From Octopus bimaculoides (lineage: Eukaryota), in NCBI RefSeq assembly GCF_001194135.2, contig NC_068993.1, positions 6,091,217 through 6,155,216 of the forward strand: a stretch of DNA of 64,000 nucleotides, read 5' to 3'. Shown here in pieces: positions 50,154 to 63,551 of the stretch. Below the pieces are notes generated by a model. The model was not told the DNA's origin. It was given only the letters and a program-made list of their open reading frames with translations, and did not search any database. Numbering within the stretch: position 1 is the stretch's first letter; each line of letters opens with the position of its first letter. A program made the translations under genes and the position numbers.

Positions 50154-50452
50154 TTGTCTGTCAGTCTATCTATCTATCTATCTATGTATTCACACACACT
50201 CACACATAAATATTTTTACATTTACACTATCTTGAGTCCTAGAACTTATAAGTATGGTTACACGGCTTCTATGACATGTAGGTAACCAAGATCTCAACAT
50301 TTAGTCTGAACTGGACGACGGTCTGTCGCAAAGTCGCTTATTTACAGTTGTGTGGAATGAAACCCCAGAAATGAATTTCATTCAGGAGCACAACGCATTG
50401 TCCGGTGCTCACTCGGTCACGCGCCTTCACAGGCATAGTTTTATGAGTGTGT

Positions 50453-50507
<55 letters not shown>

Positions 50508-50511
<4 letters not shown>

Positions 50512-50660
50512 ACGGGCTTCTTTTAGTTTCCGTCTACTAGATCCACTCACAAGACTTAGGGCGGCCTGGGAATAAAGTTGAAAGTGCGATGCATTGGAAT
50601 TGAACCCAGACCTATGTGTTTGCGAAACAAACTTATTACATTGTCTTGCTGCGCCTACAA
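50508..50660 (-). mobile_element. SINE family B head module, followed by (TA)n
   Basis: Reverse complement GTAGGCGCAGCAAG..GGTTCAATTCCAATGC..GTAGACGGAAACTAAAAGAAGCCCGTC. Confidence 0.75.
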
Positions 50661-51202
50661 ACAGCCAAGCTGAAATTTAAGAAAATGGTAAATCTATATC
50701 TTTTCTATTTCATTTTTATAAGATCGACAATTTCAAACAAATTTAAAATAACAAAAATTTGAATAAGCCTTTATCGCTAGCATATTTAATACTTTATAAT
50801 CTAATCCTGCAACTAATTCTTATCTTAAATTATCCAGATTGTATAATTATATTTAGTAATTTTTACTTCCATTTGATTTTCGTAATTTTCTAAAACGAAG
50901 ATTTTTGTGGATAACAATATATTCTTAAATATTTTAAACATTTTGTTATGTATACAAACAACTTCTGGGCAAATTGAAGAGAAACTGGATTTTCGAAATA
51001 TATTAATAACACACAAATCTCTGACATGAAACTCCCTCGATGTGTTTTGAGCAAATCCAAAACTAAGATTATCCTGAATATTTTAATCTTAATCCTTACC
51101 TAATATGTAGAATTTATAGGAGCAAAATGCGAACCGACCAACTGGATATACTACATTTCCACACCAAAGATATTTTACCTGTGTGATGATCCTATGCATA
51201 TA

Positions 51203-51642
51203 GGCGCTTGCAAGTCTGTAGTGGTTAAAAAGCTTGTTTTGCAACTACGTGGTTCCGCGTTCAATCCCACTGCAAATTAACGTGGACAAGAGTCTTCTAT
51301 AGTTGTGGGCGACAAATACCTTTCCAATAAATTTGGTAGAAAGAAACACCGTAGAAGACCATCGTATATGTGTGTGTATGTGTGTGTGTGAGTAACCTTC
51401 TTTATGTATTTTTATGTTTGTTTGTCCCTCCCCTACCACCGCTAACACCAACCGTTTGACAACCGGCATCGGCTTGTTTACGTTCTTGTAATTCAGCAGT
51501 TTAGTAAAACGTGTACGCTAGAATAAGTATTACGCACTCACATAAATACCTAAATACCGAGGTCGTATTGTTCCACTAAATCCTTCAAGGCGGTGCTCCA
51601 GCTTGGCCGCAGTCCAGTGATTGAAACAAAACATAAAAGATA
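51203..51642 (+). mobile_element. SINE family B, full length
   Basis: Head, internal (TG)n and tail ending CAAGGCGGTGCTCCAGCTTGGCCGCAGTCCAGTGATTGAAAC. Confidence 0.85.
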
Positions 51643-51729
51643 GAACTGGTTATTAGTTCCCTACAGCAGAGTCTGAAACTGTAAAATATTCCATTTTTAT
51701 TTGCTGAGATACATTTACCAACTGACGAG

Positions 51730-52200
51730 CATCGATGGATCTCGCCTTCGCAACAACGAAGATCGAGATCAAATGAGCCACGGTCCAGAAGTGGACACTA
51801 GAACTGCAGGAACTGGCACAGTAATGCACCAGATCCAGCGTTCAATCTTCAAATTAGAAGAAATTGGCAGAAGCCCAATTCGCAACCTTCAATTCGGTTT
51901 TGGTTCCTATCGTTACCTATAGTCATCGATATTGGGGTATGACTGAAAGTGTACAATCGCGAACACAAGCAGCCAAAATTAGGGTTTTTCCGAAGGATCT
52001 CTGGTGTAACGTTACTTGAAAAAGTATGTAGCTCGGAGATAAAGGAGTGTCTCCGGGTTAAACAGACTTTCTGGTATTGAGAGGTCACGACTCCGGGACT
52101 ACGTACATGTGATTTAAATGTCATAGAAAAGGATCGCAAAACAGATACTTCACGCGCTGCCAACTGGCAAGAAACTTAGGAACAATGAACTGAATGTGGT
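51730..52200 (+). mobile_element. RTE-clade (Rex3/Expander-like) LINE C-terminal fragment, decayed
   Basis: EVDTRTAGTGTVMHQ..LVPIVTYSHRYWGMTESVQSRTQAA..FRRISGVTLLEKVCSSEIKECLRV..IERSRLR..HV..KRIAKQILHALPTGK. Confidence 0.85.
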
Positions 52201-52994
52201 TGCACGGACAGCGTATCATTTCAAATTGACAACTTTTTTCCGTTTTGCACCGCATTAAAGATAAAGGCCTGAATTACAACTGCAGCGGGAATGGACAGGG
52301 GTCAAGGGGCATAGGGTTCCTAGGATGTTCAGACAACGTAGCAAGGGCTGTAAGAATATTCATTTGAAATCAACATTTGAACTGACAGTCGAATTCAAAA
52401 CGCTTTTGTGTCCTTTGTTTTTGAATAGAGATTTGCGTTCGGATTTGTAATCCTTTTATCTCAGACATCGTGTTTGATATATCAGTGGAATTCCTTTGAC
52501 AAGAAAGAAAATTCTGTTTTAGAGATAATTAATAACTTGCTTAGATCACGTAGTATGAAACAATGTTCTTATAATATTACACACACACACACATATACAC
52601 ACATACACACACACACACACACACAAACATGCACACACACATAATGTAAATATATGTCTATGTATTTACATACTGTATAAACAAATGTATTTATACATTA
52701 TAAACACACACACACACATACACACGCGCATACATGCATATATATATATANNNNNNNNNNNNNNNNNNNNNNNNNNNNNNNNNNNNNNNNNNNNNNNNNN
52801 NNNNNNNNNNNNNNNNNNNNNNNNNNNNNNNNNNNNNNNNNNNNNNNNNNNNNNNNNNNNNNNNNNNNNNNNNNNNNNNNNNNNNNNNNNNNNNNNNNNN
52901 NNNNNNNNNNNNNNNNNNNNNNNNNNNNNNNNNNTATATATATTGTATATAAGCATGTATATTTATGTGTGTGTCTGTGTGTGTGTATGAATAT

Positions 52995-53275
52995 GGATGG
53001 CTGAGTGTTTAGGGCGTCGGCCCTAAAATAGTGAGGTTGTGAGTCCGATTCCCAGACTGGGGTATGTGTTGTGTTCTTGAGCAAGACGCTTTATTTCACG
53101 TTGCTCCAGTTCGCTCAGCTGTAGAAATGTGTGGTGACGTCACTGGTGCCTAGCTGTATCGGCCCCTTTACCTTTCTCTTGGATAACATCGGCGGGATGG
53201 AGAGGGGAGGCTGGTGTGCATGCATGACTGTTGGTCTTCAATAAACAACCTTGCCTGGACTTGTGCCTCGGAAGT
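52995..53275 (+). mobile_element. SINE family C (CORE-like)
   Basis: TGGCTGAGTG A-box, GAGTCCGATTCC B-box, GTGTTCTTGAGCAAGACGCTTTATTTCACGTTGCTCCAG..CAGCTGTAGAAATG resembling the MIR CORE consensus. Confidence 0.8.
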
Positions 53276-54047
53276 GACCAAAGGGAAGTTTTTACACGCA
53301 CACACACACACACACACACACATCAATTATATACATACATATATATCAATTATAAATGCCACACACTCGAATCATTAAAGGCTGTAAACGCTTCAAACTA
53401 AGAGAAGATAAAGATTAGAAATGTTAACTGAAAACGAAAAGAGTTCGGAGAGTGGTTGGTATCAGTGAAGCATATATTTAGTTTGCAGGCGGAGTCAACA
53501 TCCTGTAGATGATGCATCCTTGATTACATCGAACAACACTCATAGGTACACACATGTACATGTACACAAGTGCATTTCTAATTATGCAATATATATATAT
53601 ATANNNNNNNNNNNNNNNNNNNNNNNNNNNNNNNNNNNNNNNNNNNNNNNNNNNNNNNNNNNNNNNNNNNNNNNNNNNNNNNNNNNNNNNNNNNNNNNNN
53701 NNNNNNNNNNNNNNNNNNNNNNNNNNNNNNNNNNNNNNNNNNNNNNNNNNNNNNNNNNNNNNNNNNNNNNNNNNNNNNNNNNNNNNNNNNNNNNNNNNNN
53801 NNNNNNNNNNNNNNNNNNNNNNNNNNNNNNNNNNNNNNNNNNNNNNNNNNNNNNNNNNNNNNNNNNNNNNNNNNNNNNNNNNNNNNNNNNNNNNNNNNNN
53901 NNNNNNNNNNNNNNNNNNNNNNNNNNNNNNNNNNNNNNNNNNNNNNNNNNNNNNNNNNNNNNNNNNNNNNNNNNNNNNNNNNNATATATTAATAGATAGA
54001 TGGGTAGGTAGGTAGGTAGGTAGGTAGACAGGCAGGTAGGTAGGTAA

Positions 54048-54093
<46 letters not shown>

Positions 54094-54430
54094 GTGTATC
54101 GTAAAACATTTACTGTAATTAACCGACTTTTAGCTGTTCTAATGAAATTAATAACGTCTAGAGAAATCTGTGTCTGTTTATATATATATATTGAAAGTGG
54201 TTTGATAGTTACTCGGGTCATACAACAATTCTGTAGAGTGTAACGATACAAGCAAGAGAAACTATGGTATATTTATAACGGGGTGGAGGCCTTATAAAAT
54301 TGTTTATAGGATATAAGGTGATTCAGTACATGCGCACGCGTGCGCAGATGGATGGATGATGTTTACCTTTCTATCGATCTATATATATATATATGCATGT
54401 GTTAATGAAACTATATCAACCTCTCCCATT

Positions 54431-54504
<74 letters not shown>

Positions 54505-55396
54505 CTATGTATGTATGTATATATATATATATGGGGAGGATGCGTATATGTGTATATGTATATGTATATACATATAAATATGCATGTAATATATTGATAT
54601 ATGTTTACGAATTCACTCGTTTCTCTTTCTTTATAATCACTCATATATACATACATACAAATACACACACACACACACATACCTATATACATACACACAT
54701 GTATGCATGTGTGTTTGTGTACGTGTGTGAGCATTTGTCTGCATGTCAGCTTTTAAATGTATGTACTAACATACATTGGAACGAGAAACGCAGAGGCTAC
54801 AGCCGTTAATATTTCAATACTGTATAATATAGTGAATAAATATGAAACGAATTGATGTGATACTTCGTACTAACTTTCAAACTGCATACATACAGACACA
54901 ACGAAACGAATTGATTTCTTGTCTCGCTACGAAGCACTTCACCGTTCTCTGTATTTACTTCACTGACACGTTCATACACTTGTATATTATGCTGTCCTGA
55001 AAAGTTGTATATTCCTATCTACTTAAAGACTTCAATATTTTATTTCAACAAAGACTTACCTGAAAATTGCGTTATGTGCTGATCGTCCACACATCAAGGT
55101 GACACGGACACATACATGCATACATACATACATACATACATACATACATACACGCACACATACACACACACACACGCACACACACATATGTGCTATTGAG
55201 AATTCATTGCTCTCAATGTCCACTTGAATAACACACATATTAAACCATTAAACCACAAACATTGTGACATGAATCAATAAAATTTTAGACGTAAGAAGTA
55301 ATTAATGAAGTCATATGTTGACACATTTTATTGATGTGTATATATGTATATATGTGTATATATGTGTGTGTTTACGTGTGTACATTTGTGTACATT

Positions 55397-55459
<63 letters not shown>

Positions 55460-55496
55460 CATACATACATACATATATACATACATACATACATAT

Positions 55497-55528
<32 letters not shown>

Positions 55529-55616
55529 CTACACGCAATTATATCTATGTATGTGTGTGAGCGCGTTTTATTATGCGTTGCAAAGATATATATGTATATT
55601 GTTCATTGTATCTAAA

Positions 55617-55660
<44 letters not shown>

Positions 55661-55670
55661 NNNNNNNNNN

Positions 55671-55711
<41 letters not shown>

Positions 55712-55821
55712 TATATAAATATGGATGTGTAAACAAATATGCCTGTATGTATGTATATTTGTGTGTGCTGTATGTACTCGTGCGTATGTGTGTACGAATG
55801 TGTGTACGAATGTGTGTACGA

Positions 55822-55882
<61 letters not shown>

Positions 55883-56912
55883 TACGTGTTTGCATTTACC
55901 GCTCTTTTATTCAGACTGTTTTTATATTTACTTATTAGTCATTTATATTAAGTTTTCGGCAAAATATTGTCCTTAAATCCATTAATTCATTAACGTTTCA
56001 AGAACGCATCGGCCTCGCCATCACATTAGTGATAATAATGACGTGTTACGTGCGCCATTTGCAGTCGGTGACAAATGGCCACAAAAATATTGCTAAAAAT
56101 GATAAGATCCCCAACGACAGATTTAAATATTATTCAATGGTTTCATCGTTTGCAGGTTTCATCGTTTATTTTTCATGCGTTGCATTTGTGTTTTTGTTGG
56201 TTTCTGTTTTAGCGCAGTGGTTTTTCACTTTCTTTTCTTATATACTATATAAAATTGTGGACCTGGCAACTAACATTATTCTTTCTAATTTTATCTATTG
56301 TATTCTAATATATTATAAAGCTTCCTTATTGTAAATACATACTCTAGTGACAACAAAGTATTTTACTTGCAAGTCAGATGTGACAGTNNNNNNNNNNNNN
56401 NNNNNNNNNNNNNNNNNNNNNNNNNNNNNNNNNNNNNNNNNNNNNNNNNNNNNNNNNNNNNNNNNNNNNNNNNNNNNNNNNNNNNNNNNNNNNNNNNNNN
56501 NNNNNNNNNNNNNNNNNNNNNNNNNNNNNNNNNNNNNNNNNNNNNNNNNNNNNNNNNNNNNNNNNNNNNNNNNNNNNNNNNNNNNNNNNNNNNNNNNNNN
56601 NNNNNNNNNNNNNNNNNNNNNNNNNNNNNNNNNNNNNNNNNNNNNNNNNNNNNNNNNNNNNNNNNNNNNNNNNNNNNNNNNNNNNNNNNNNNNNNNNNNN
56701 NNNNNNNNNNNNNNNNNNNNNNNNNNNNNNNNNNNNNNNNNNNNNNNNNNNNNNNNNNNNNNNNNNNNNNNNNNNNNNNNNNNNNNNNNNNNNNNNNNNN
56801 NNNNNNNNNNNNNNNNNNNNNNNNNNNNNNNNNNNNNNNNNNNNNNNNNNNNNNNNNNNNNNNNNNNNNNNNNNNNNNNNNNNNNNNNNNNNNNNNNNNN
56901 NNNNNNNNNNNN

Positions 56913-57050
56913 AATACATAACATACATAAGTTCCTACGTGCGTACATACATACATACATACATACGTACGTGCGAACATACATACATACATAAATATAT
57001 AATAGATACACACATACATACGTTCGTACGTGCGTACATACATACATACA

Positions 57051-57084
<34 letters not shown>

Positions 57085-57154
57085 AGTACGTACGTGCTTA
57101 CATACATACGTACATACATACGTACATGCATACATACATGCTTACATACAAGCA

Positions 57155-57188
<34 letters not shown>

Positions 57189-57310
57189 AGTACGTACGTG
57201 CTTACTTATATACGTACATACATACATACGTACATGCATACATACATACATACATACATACATGCATACATACATACATACATACAAGTATATACACATA
57301 CATACACACA
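56913..57310. repeat. Long imperfect (ACAT)n/(ACGT)n tetranucleotide array
   Basis: Read directly from the sequence. Confidence 0.9.
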
Positions 57311-58221
57311 TACATATCTCCGTATATATTTGTACAAATACAGATGGAAATTTTTAATTAAGTTGTATTAGTGTAAATACAATGAGAGTCAATAGCTTGA
57401 TTACAGACTAGAATCTAAATTTATGGCCCAATTTTGATAATTTCTCTTTAATTAAGCAGTAAATACGGTCCATCATTAAAGGCAACGCTAGAACGGAAGC
57501 TGATTAGGAGAGGCTTCATCAATATTCTTAAAATCTTTGTTGATAATTATCAGTCGGATCACTGACTGAATGATTGCTACGTTGACTGGATGTTGCTAGT
57601 TTACTTCGTGTGTGTGGTTATATATATATATTTATATATATATATATATATANNNNNNNNNNNNNNNNNNNNNNNNNNNNNNNNNNNNNNNNNNNNNNNN
57701 NNNNNNNNNNNNNNNNNNNNNNNNNNNNNNNNNNNNNNNNNNNNNNNNNNNNNNNNNNNNNNNNNNNNNNNNNNNNNNNNNNNNNNNNNNNNNNNNNNNN
57801 NNNNNNNNNNNNNNNNNNNNNNNNNNNNNNNNNNNNNNNNNNNNNNNNNNNNNNNNNNNNNNNNNNNNNNNNNNNNNNNNNNNNNNNNNNNNNNNNNNNN
57901 NNNNNNNNNNNNNNNNNNNNNNNNNNNNNNNNNNNNNNNNNNNNNNNNNNNNNNNNNNNNNNNNNNNNNNNNNNNNNNNNNNNNNNNNNNNNNNNNNNNN
58001 NNNNNNNNNNNNNNNNNNNNNNNNNNNNNNNNNNNNNNNNNNNNNNNNNNNNNNNNNNNNNNNNNNNNNNNNNNNNNNNNNNNNNNNNNNNNNNNNNNNN
58101 NNNNNNNNNNNNNNNNNNNNNNNNNNNNNNNNNNNNGATATGAAAATAATTTGGTTGTTCTTTATAATATTACGAACAGCCATACAGAAGAACCCCTCAC
58201 TGGCTAATCACTGAGTTATCA

Positions 58222-58348
58222 AGATGGCGAACTGGCAGAGTCGTTAGAGCATCGGACAGAAGCCTTTGGATTACGTCTTCCTGCTCTCTGTGTTCAATTT
58301 CCATCGAGGTCAAACTTTGCTTTTCACACTTTCGGGGTCGATAAAAAA
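58222..58348 (+). mobile_element. SINE family A, 5' two-thirds
   Basis: GATGGCGAACTGGCAGAGTCGTTAGAGCATCGG..GAGGTCAAACTTTGCTTTTCACACTTTCGGGGTCGATAAAA. Confidence 0.8.
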
Positions 58349-59224
58349 TCGTTTTCTCTCTCTCATTGTCCTTCTCTTTCTTTAATTCTTTCTCTTTCTT
58401 TCTCTTAGTAAATCGTTGTCCCTGCTCTTTAATTCTTAATTTCTCTCCTCCGTCTCTTTTTAAATCTCCAGGGAGGAGTGGGGGCCATATGGCTATGGAG
58501 ACGGCTCTGATGCACACAGCTTTCCCAGGTGGATCAAAAATAAATTAGATCTCGGGAGGATTTGAACTCAGAACGTAAATCGCCATACTATTTTCTATCA
58601 ATGCACCGCCTTTCCGCAAATTTATAATTATTCACCTTATTAATCGGAACTATTCTATTGATCGCAGAACGATAAAAGGTGAAGTCGACCCAAAATGTAA
58701 TGCTGTGAGGCAAGATATTAACCAAGCAACGTCCTAACATTTCTGTCACGTGACGGCATTGATACTGATGCTGTAACTTCCTTCTGGCTAAAACATCTAC
58801 CTTTTGTATCAAATTGCTCACGGTAAATTCCCCTGGTGTAAACAATCTGTCACATTGAGAATATGAGATGGTGAAAGTGTGTGTGTGTTTGATAAAGAGA
58901 TTCAAAGGAATTAGCACGTTCCAACGTTCACTTACTCACACACATACAAACACTACTGGCACATGCACACACACACATACACACGACAATTATCTCTGTA
59001 TGTGTGTGAGAAAGAATAGGAATATGTATGTATGGGCGCACGCCATTTGCATTTGTATACGTGGGAACTAAAAGATGACTTTCTTCTAAGCCAAATATTG
59101 TTTATCCTTAAGTTGTAGATGAGTAAAATATTCCATTTCTCTAGTTTCAGCTATTTGTTAAATCTATTCCGTATATTTTGTGGTGTGGCAAATAAATGGA
59201 ATTAGATGCTAACTTGCCTATTGC

Positions 59225-59735
59225 ATATGGCAGCCTATCAAAGGTGATGACAGCGTCGATCCAGGACATCCATCCTCCTACTTCGCCTCCAGCACATTGT
59301 TTCTCATGGAAGCGGACGTGGTTGATAAGACCAATACGTGATAGGTAGATCCTGTGGCACTGGGGCCACTGAAAGTGACCCTGAACAACAACTGCAGGGA
59401 GTTTGATGACGACGACTCTTCTCTTCATGCAATTTCCTGCGTTCGGTTTGAAAGTTCTCTCCTCCAGCGTTTCCCATGGACCTCCATGCCTGCCTGTTAA
59501 CAACCAGGGGCACCATCCGATTGAGAGGGACACCGGATAAAGTGAAAGACCACTTGAGATGATCATAAAAGCGAAATATTGGATGTTCATGAGGCCTACT
59601 TTCCGACGATTGTACTGAAGAGAACCAACTTTGGGAGCCGGTTACTCAGCATTCAAATCACATGGCCAACCCAGCGCAGAAGACGACGAACGTTGCAGGC
59701 CCCAGCACTAGATCCCAACCGTCATTAGAATTTTG
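59225..59735 (-). mobile_element. RTE-clade LINE 3' fragment with single terminal C2H2-like finger
   Basis: RRLLRWVGHVI*MLSNRLPKLVLF..EEKSRR..FQWPQCHRIYLSRIGLINHVRFH, then a short 3' UTR containing GTCATCACCTTTGATAGGC. Confidence 0.85.
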
Positions 59736-59843
59736 GTATGAGGCACCTTGTCCTGCCATGTGAGACAGAGTATACTGTAGAGTATACTATGGAGCTCTTG
59801 ACGTTGTCTGATCTGGTACCTATAAAGGTATTGTATATTCATT

Positions 59844-59878
<35 letters not shown>

Positions 59879-60624
59879 NNNNNNNNNNNNNNNNNNNNNN
59901 NNNNNNNNNNNNNNNNNNNNNNNNNNNNNNNNNNNNNNNNNNNNNNNNNNNNNNNNNNNNNNNNNNNNNNNNNNNNNNNNNNNNNNNNNNNNNNNNNNNN
60001 NNNNNNNNNNNNNNNNNNNNNNNNNNNNNNNNNNNNNNNNNNNNNNNNNNNNNNNNNNNNNNNNNNNNNNNNNNNNNNNNNNNNNNNNNNNNNNNNNNNN
60101 NNNNNNNNNNNNNNNNNNNNNNNNNNNNNNNNNNNNNNNNNNNNNNNNNNNNNNNNNNNNNNNNNNNNNNNNNNNNNNNNNNNNNNNNNNNNNNNNNNNN
60201 NNNNNNNNNNNNNNNNNNNNNNNNNNNNNNNNNNNNNNNNNNNNNNNNNNNNNNNNNNNNNNNNNNNNNNNNNNNNNNNNNNNNNNNNNNNNNNNNNNNN
60301 NNNNNNNNNNNNNNNNNNNNNNNNNNNNNNNNNNNNNNNNNNNNNNNNNNNNNNNNNNNNNNNNNNNNNNNNNNNNNNNNNNNNNNNNNNNNNNNNNNNN
60401 NNNNNNNNNNNNNNNNNNNNNNNNNNNNNTTTGAAGGTCATTTTTTTTTTTCTTTTCGCTTTATTTTTGTTCGAGATATTTTCGTGTAAAAAAAATCGTG
60501 CTGAAGTTTTCAGAAAATTTATTTTGAGAATCATTGGCAAAATTATCGTTTGAACTTCGTTCTCGAAATGTCAACCATTTAATTGTTGTATTGTTCTTTA
60601 TAACTGAAAATTAAAAGATTCTTT

Positions 60625-60722
60625 TTTACTCTAGGCACAAGGCCCACAATTTTAGGTAAGGGGGCCAGTCGATTAGATCGACCCCCAGTACGTAACTGGT
60701 AATTAATTTATCGACCCCGAAG
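60625..60722 (-). mobile_element. SINE family A, 3' half
   Basis: Reverse complement GGGGTCGATAAATTAATTACCAGTTACGTACTGGGGGTCGATCTAATCGACTGGCCCC..GGGCCTTGTGCCTAGAGTA. Confidence 0.85.
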
Positions 60723-60835
60723 AATTGAAGTGGGAAATGTGTGCGTCGGTGAGATTTTAAAATTCTTGCCTTTATGCTTGCTTTGCAGGTTGGATTTACT
60801 TAATACTCATGTCTTCTCTATTTAACTAATTTCAG

Positions 60836-60942
60836 AGCCGTTGAGGGTCATTTCCAGCAACTTCAGTGCTCTAAACTGAAGAAAATTACAACCAGCAGCA
60901 AAGATCAGAGATCTTCAAGGAGCCTCTTCGAGAAACACTTAG
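60836..60942 (+). CDS. Unassigned candidate internal coding exon (107 nt; AVEGHFQQLQCSKLKKITTSSKDQRSSRSLFEKHL)
   Basis: Acceptor cttctctatttaactaatttcag and donor TAG|gtaaaa. One frame is open throughout and the other two are closed. No recognised homology. Confidence 0.25.
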
Positions 60943-62402
60943 GTAAAAGTTTGGTAACTTCGTTTCCAATTCACATAAAGAGTTTGTAAAAACTAAGAAT
61001 TTCAAGAAGTTTTACAAGTCTCTTTCCAGTGTGTTGTTTAATCTTTCTTAAAATTACTGCTACATGATCTTGCGAACATAAGTTTTAAAATTATTAGTAA
61101 CGTACATTCTTTTGACTGTTCGATCAAAGATAAAACGAACGGATCTAGGTGCAATAATAATAATGGTGATAAAAATACTCCTTTCTACTAGAGGGACAAG
61201 GCCTGGAATTTGGGGAGTGGAATAATTGATCCCAGAGCTGAGTTGGTACTTATTTCAAGTATTTAAATAACTGATGCTTGATGTACCCGTATGTGTGCCG
61301 TAATAAATACAACACACACGTTAAGGGAGAGTTCATTAATATTTCTAGCAATTCAAGCGGTCACTCAGAGTCTCCCACATTGACTCGGTATAACACGTGA
61401 TATAAATTTATTAGAATCAGTGCACAAATATTCATAATTTCAATAAATTGTTTAAGGTATTCACACGTGAATGAAACAAATGTGTGTGTGATAAGAACGA
61501 CCAACATTGCTGCTAAAACGTAAACATAAATAAACATGTAATAAATAAACAAATAAAAATAAACCTGTGTGCTAAGCCCGGAGGAGCGTTTTCTACGATT
61601 GATATTTATTCCGAAATTACTGGCGCTGAAGCGGATAATAGATAATTTTCCTTGTCCCCACGCTGATACGAAGCAGATCTGTTGTAAACAATATATTCAA
61701 GACCCGTCAATTAAGTAAACTGAAGCGCGAAGTTTACGTCACACAGATCAATTATATAAGGAAACACCTGTTACGAATTTGAACTCAATGTCTTTCAGCA
61801 AGTAGGCCGCTGCTGTATCAACACGGTGATTATTATAATTATATATNNNNNNNNNNNNNNNNNNNNNNNNNNNNNNNNNNNNNNNNNNNNNNNNNNNNNN
61901 NNNNNNNNNNNNNNNNNNNNNNNNNNNNNNNNNNNNNNNNNNNNNNNNNNNNNNNNNNNNNNNNNNNNNNNNNNNNNNNNNNNNNNNNNNNNNNNNNNNN
62001 NNNNNNNNNNNNNNNNNNNNNNNNNNNNNNNNNNNNNNNNNNNNNNNNNNNNNNNNNNNNNNNNNNNNNNNNNNNNNNNNNNNNNNNNNNNNNNNNNNNN
62101 NNNNNNNNNNNNNNNNNNNNNNNNNNNNNNNNNNNNNNNNNNNNNNNNNNNNNNNNNNNNNNNNNNNNNNNNNNNNNNNNNNNNNNNNNNNNNNNNNNNN
62201 NNNNNNNNNNNNNNNNNNNNNNNNNNNNNNNNNNNNNNNNNNNNNNNNNNNNNNNNNNNNNNNNNNNNNNNNNNNNNNNNNNNNNNNNNNNNNNNNNNNN
62301 NNNNNNNNNNNNNNNNNNNNNNNNNNNNNNNNNNNNNNNNNNNNNNNNNNNNNNNNNNNNNNNNNNNNNNNNNNNNNNNNNNNNNNNNNNNNNNNNNNNN
62401 NN

Positions 62403-62472
<70 letters not shown>

Positions 62473-62474
62473 GC

Positions 62475-62640
62475 ACAAGCATGGCTCTTTGGTTCGGAAT
62501 ATCACTTTGTAACTACAGGTTTTCTAGTTCAGTTCCATTGCGTGGTATCTAGACCAAATGTTTTCTGCTATAGGCCCGGACCGACCAATGACTTGTGAAA
62601 AAACTTGGTAGACGGAATTTGTCTGCAACCCCGTCATATA
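62475..62640 (+). mobile_element. SINE family B head, degraded
   Basis: GCATGGCTCTTTGG..GTTCAGTTCCATTGCGTGG..GGGCCGACCAATGACTTGTG..TTGGTAGACGGAA. Confidence 0.7.
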
Positions 62641-62788
62641 AATAAATATGCGTCATCCCTGATGAAGGGGGAGGGGACCAGTCGGTTACATCGACCTCAG
62701 TGCACAGCTGGTACAACAGCCAAAACGTAGTGAAAGCAACAGTCGAGATGAAGACACACACACGAGTATTACATAATATAAATAATAT

Positions 62789-63060
62789 CACGTGATCACG
62801 TGACCGACCAGGTTATCAGATATTGTTACACACCGCTTGTCATAATGCGCTTTTGCATTGTTTTAGCCTTCGAATGATGCCACCCCGCTGGCTAGCCGAG
62901 CAGGCCAACAATCCCCCCATGATCGAAGGGGGACGGGAGCAATGAGAAAAGGAGTGTTTTTCTTAAGAACACTTTGCGCCGGCCAATCAGGGAATCGAAC
63001 CAATAATCTAGCGATCGTGAGCGCAACAACTTAATTTCTTGGCCACGCGCCTTCACATTG
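62789..63060 (-). mobile_element. tRNA-headed SINE (family C-related) with perfect 16-bp TSD and (TCACGTGA)2 tail
   Basis: ATAATATAAATAATAT at 62773-62788 and 63061-63076. Head GTGAAGGCGCGTGGCC..GGTTCGATTCC. 3' end GGTCGGTCACGTGATCACGTG. Confidence 0.88.
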
Positions 63061-63434
63061 ATAATATAAATAATATGAACTCCTCACCTCAGTAGTATAG
63101 AATTGTATTACAATTTCTGTTACTCCACAGAGTTTCTATCTTCTGTTTCTCTCAATGTAGAGTTATTATGCTGTTTAGCGATATAAACTAAGCACAATAC
63201 CTCACATCTTAACACGTGAAGATCCTAAATCATTTCGCAGCCACTTAAGCACCCGTATTTATCCTGTATCTGTTACTATGAAGTATCGCATTTAAATTCC
63301 ACGCCTATGACAATAGAAATTCCGAATGATATGAAGTTTAACAGGAATCAACGTTTAAGATTTCAATCTAGATTATTTATGACACTTCATAGTAGAATCC
63401 TAGGACAGAAAATGTATGGAGATATGAATGTAAA

Positions 63435-63472
<38 letters not shown>

Positions 63473-63486
63473 CATGTACGTATATG

Positions 63487-63551
<65 letters not shown>

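Noticed and set aside
20691-60722. CRISPR-like repeated palindromic motifs (GGGGTCGATCTAATCGACTGGCCCC)
   Set aside because: They are internal parts of dispersed SINE copies, with no repeat-spacer array or cas genes in this eukaryotic context.
5424-63060. tRNA genes at the A-box/B-box motifs
   Set aside because: All continue into SINE bodies and I could not build a cloverleaf for any.
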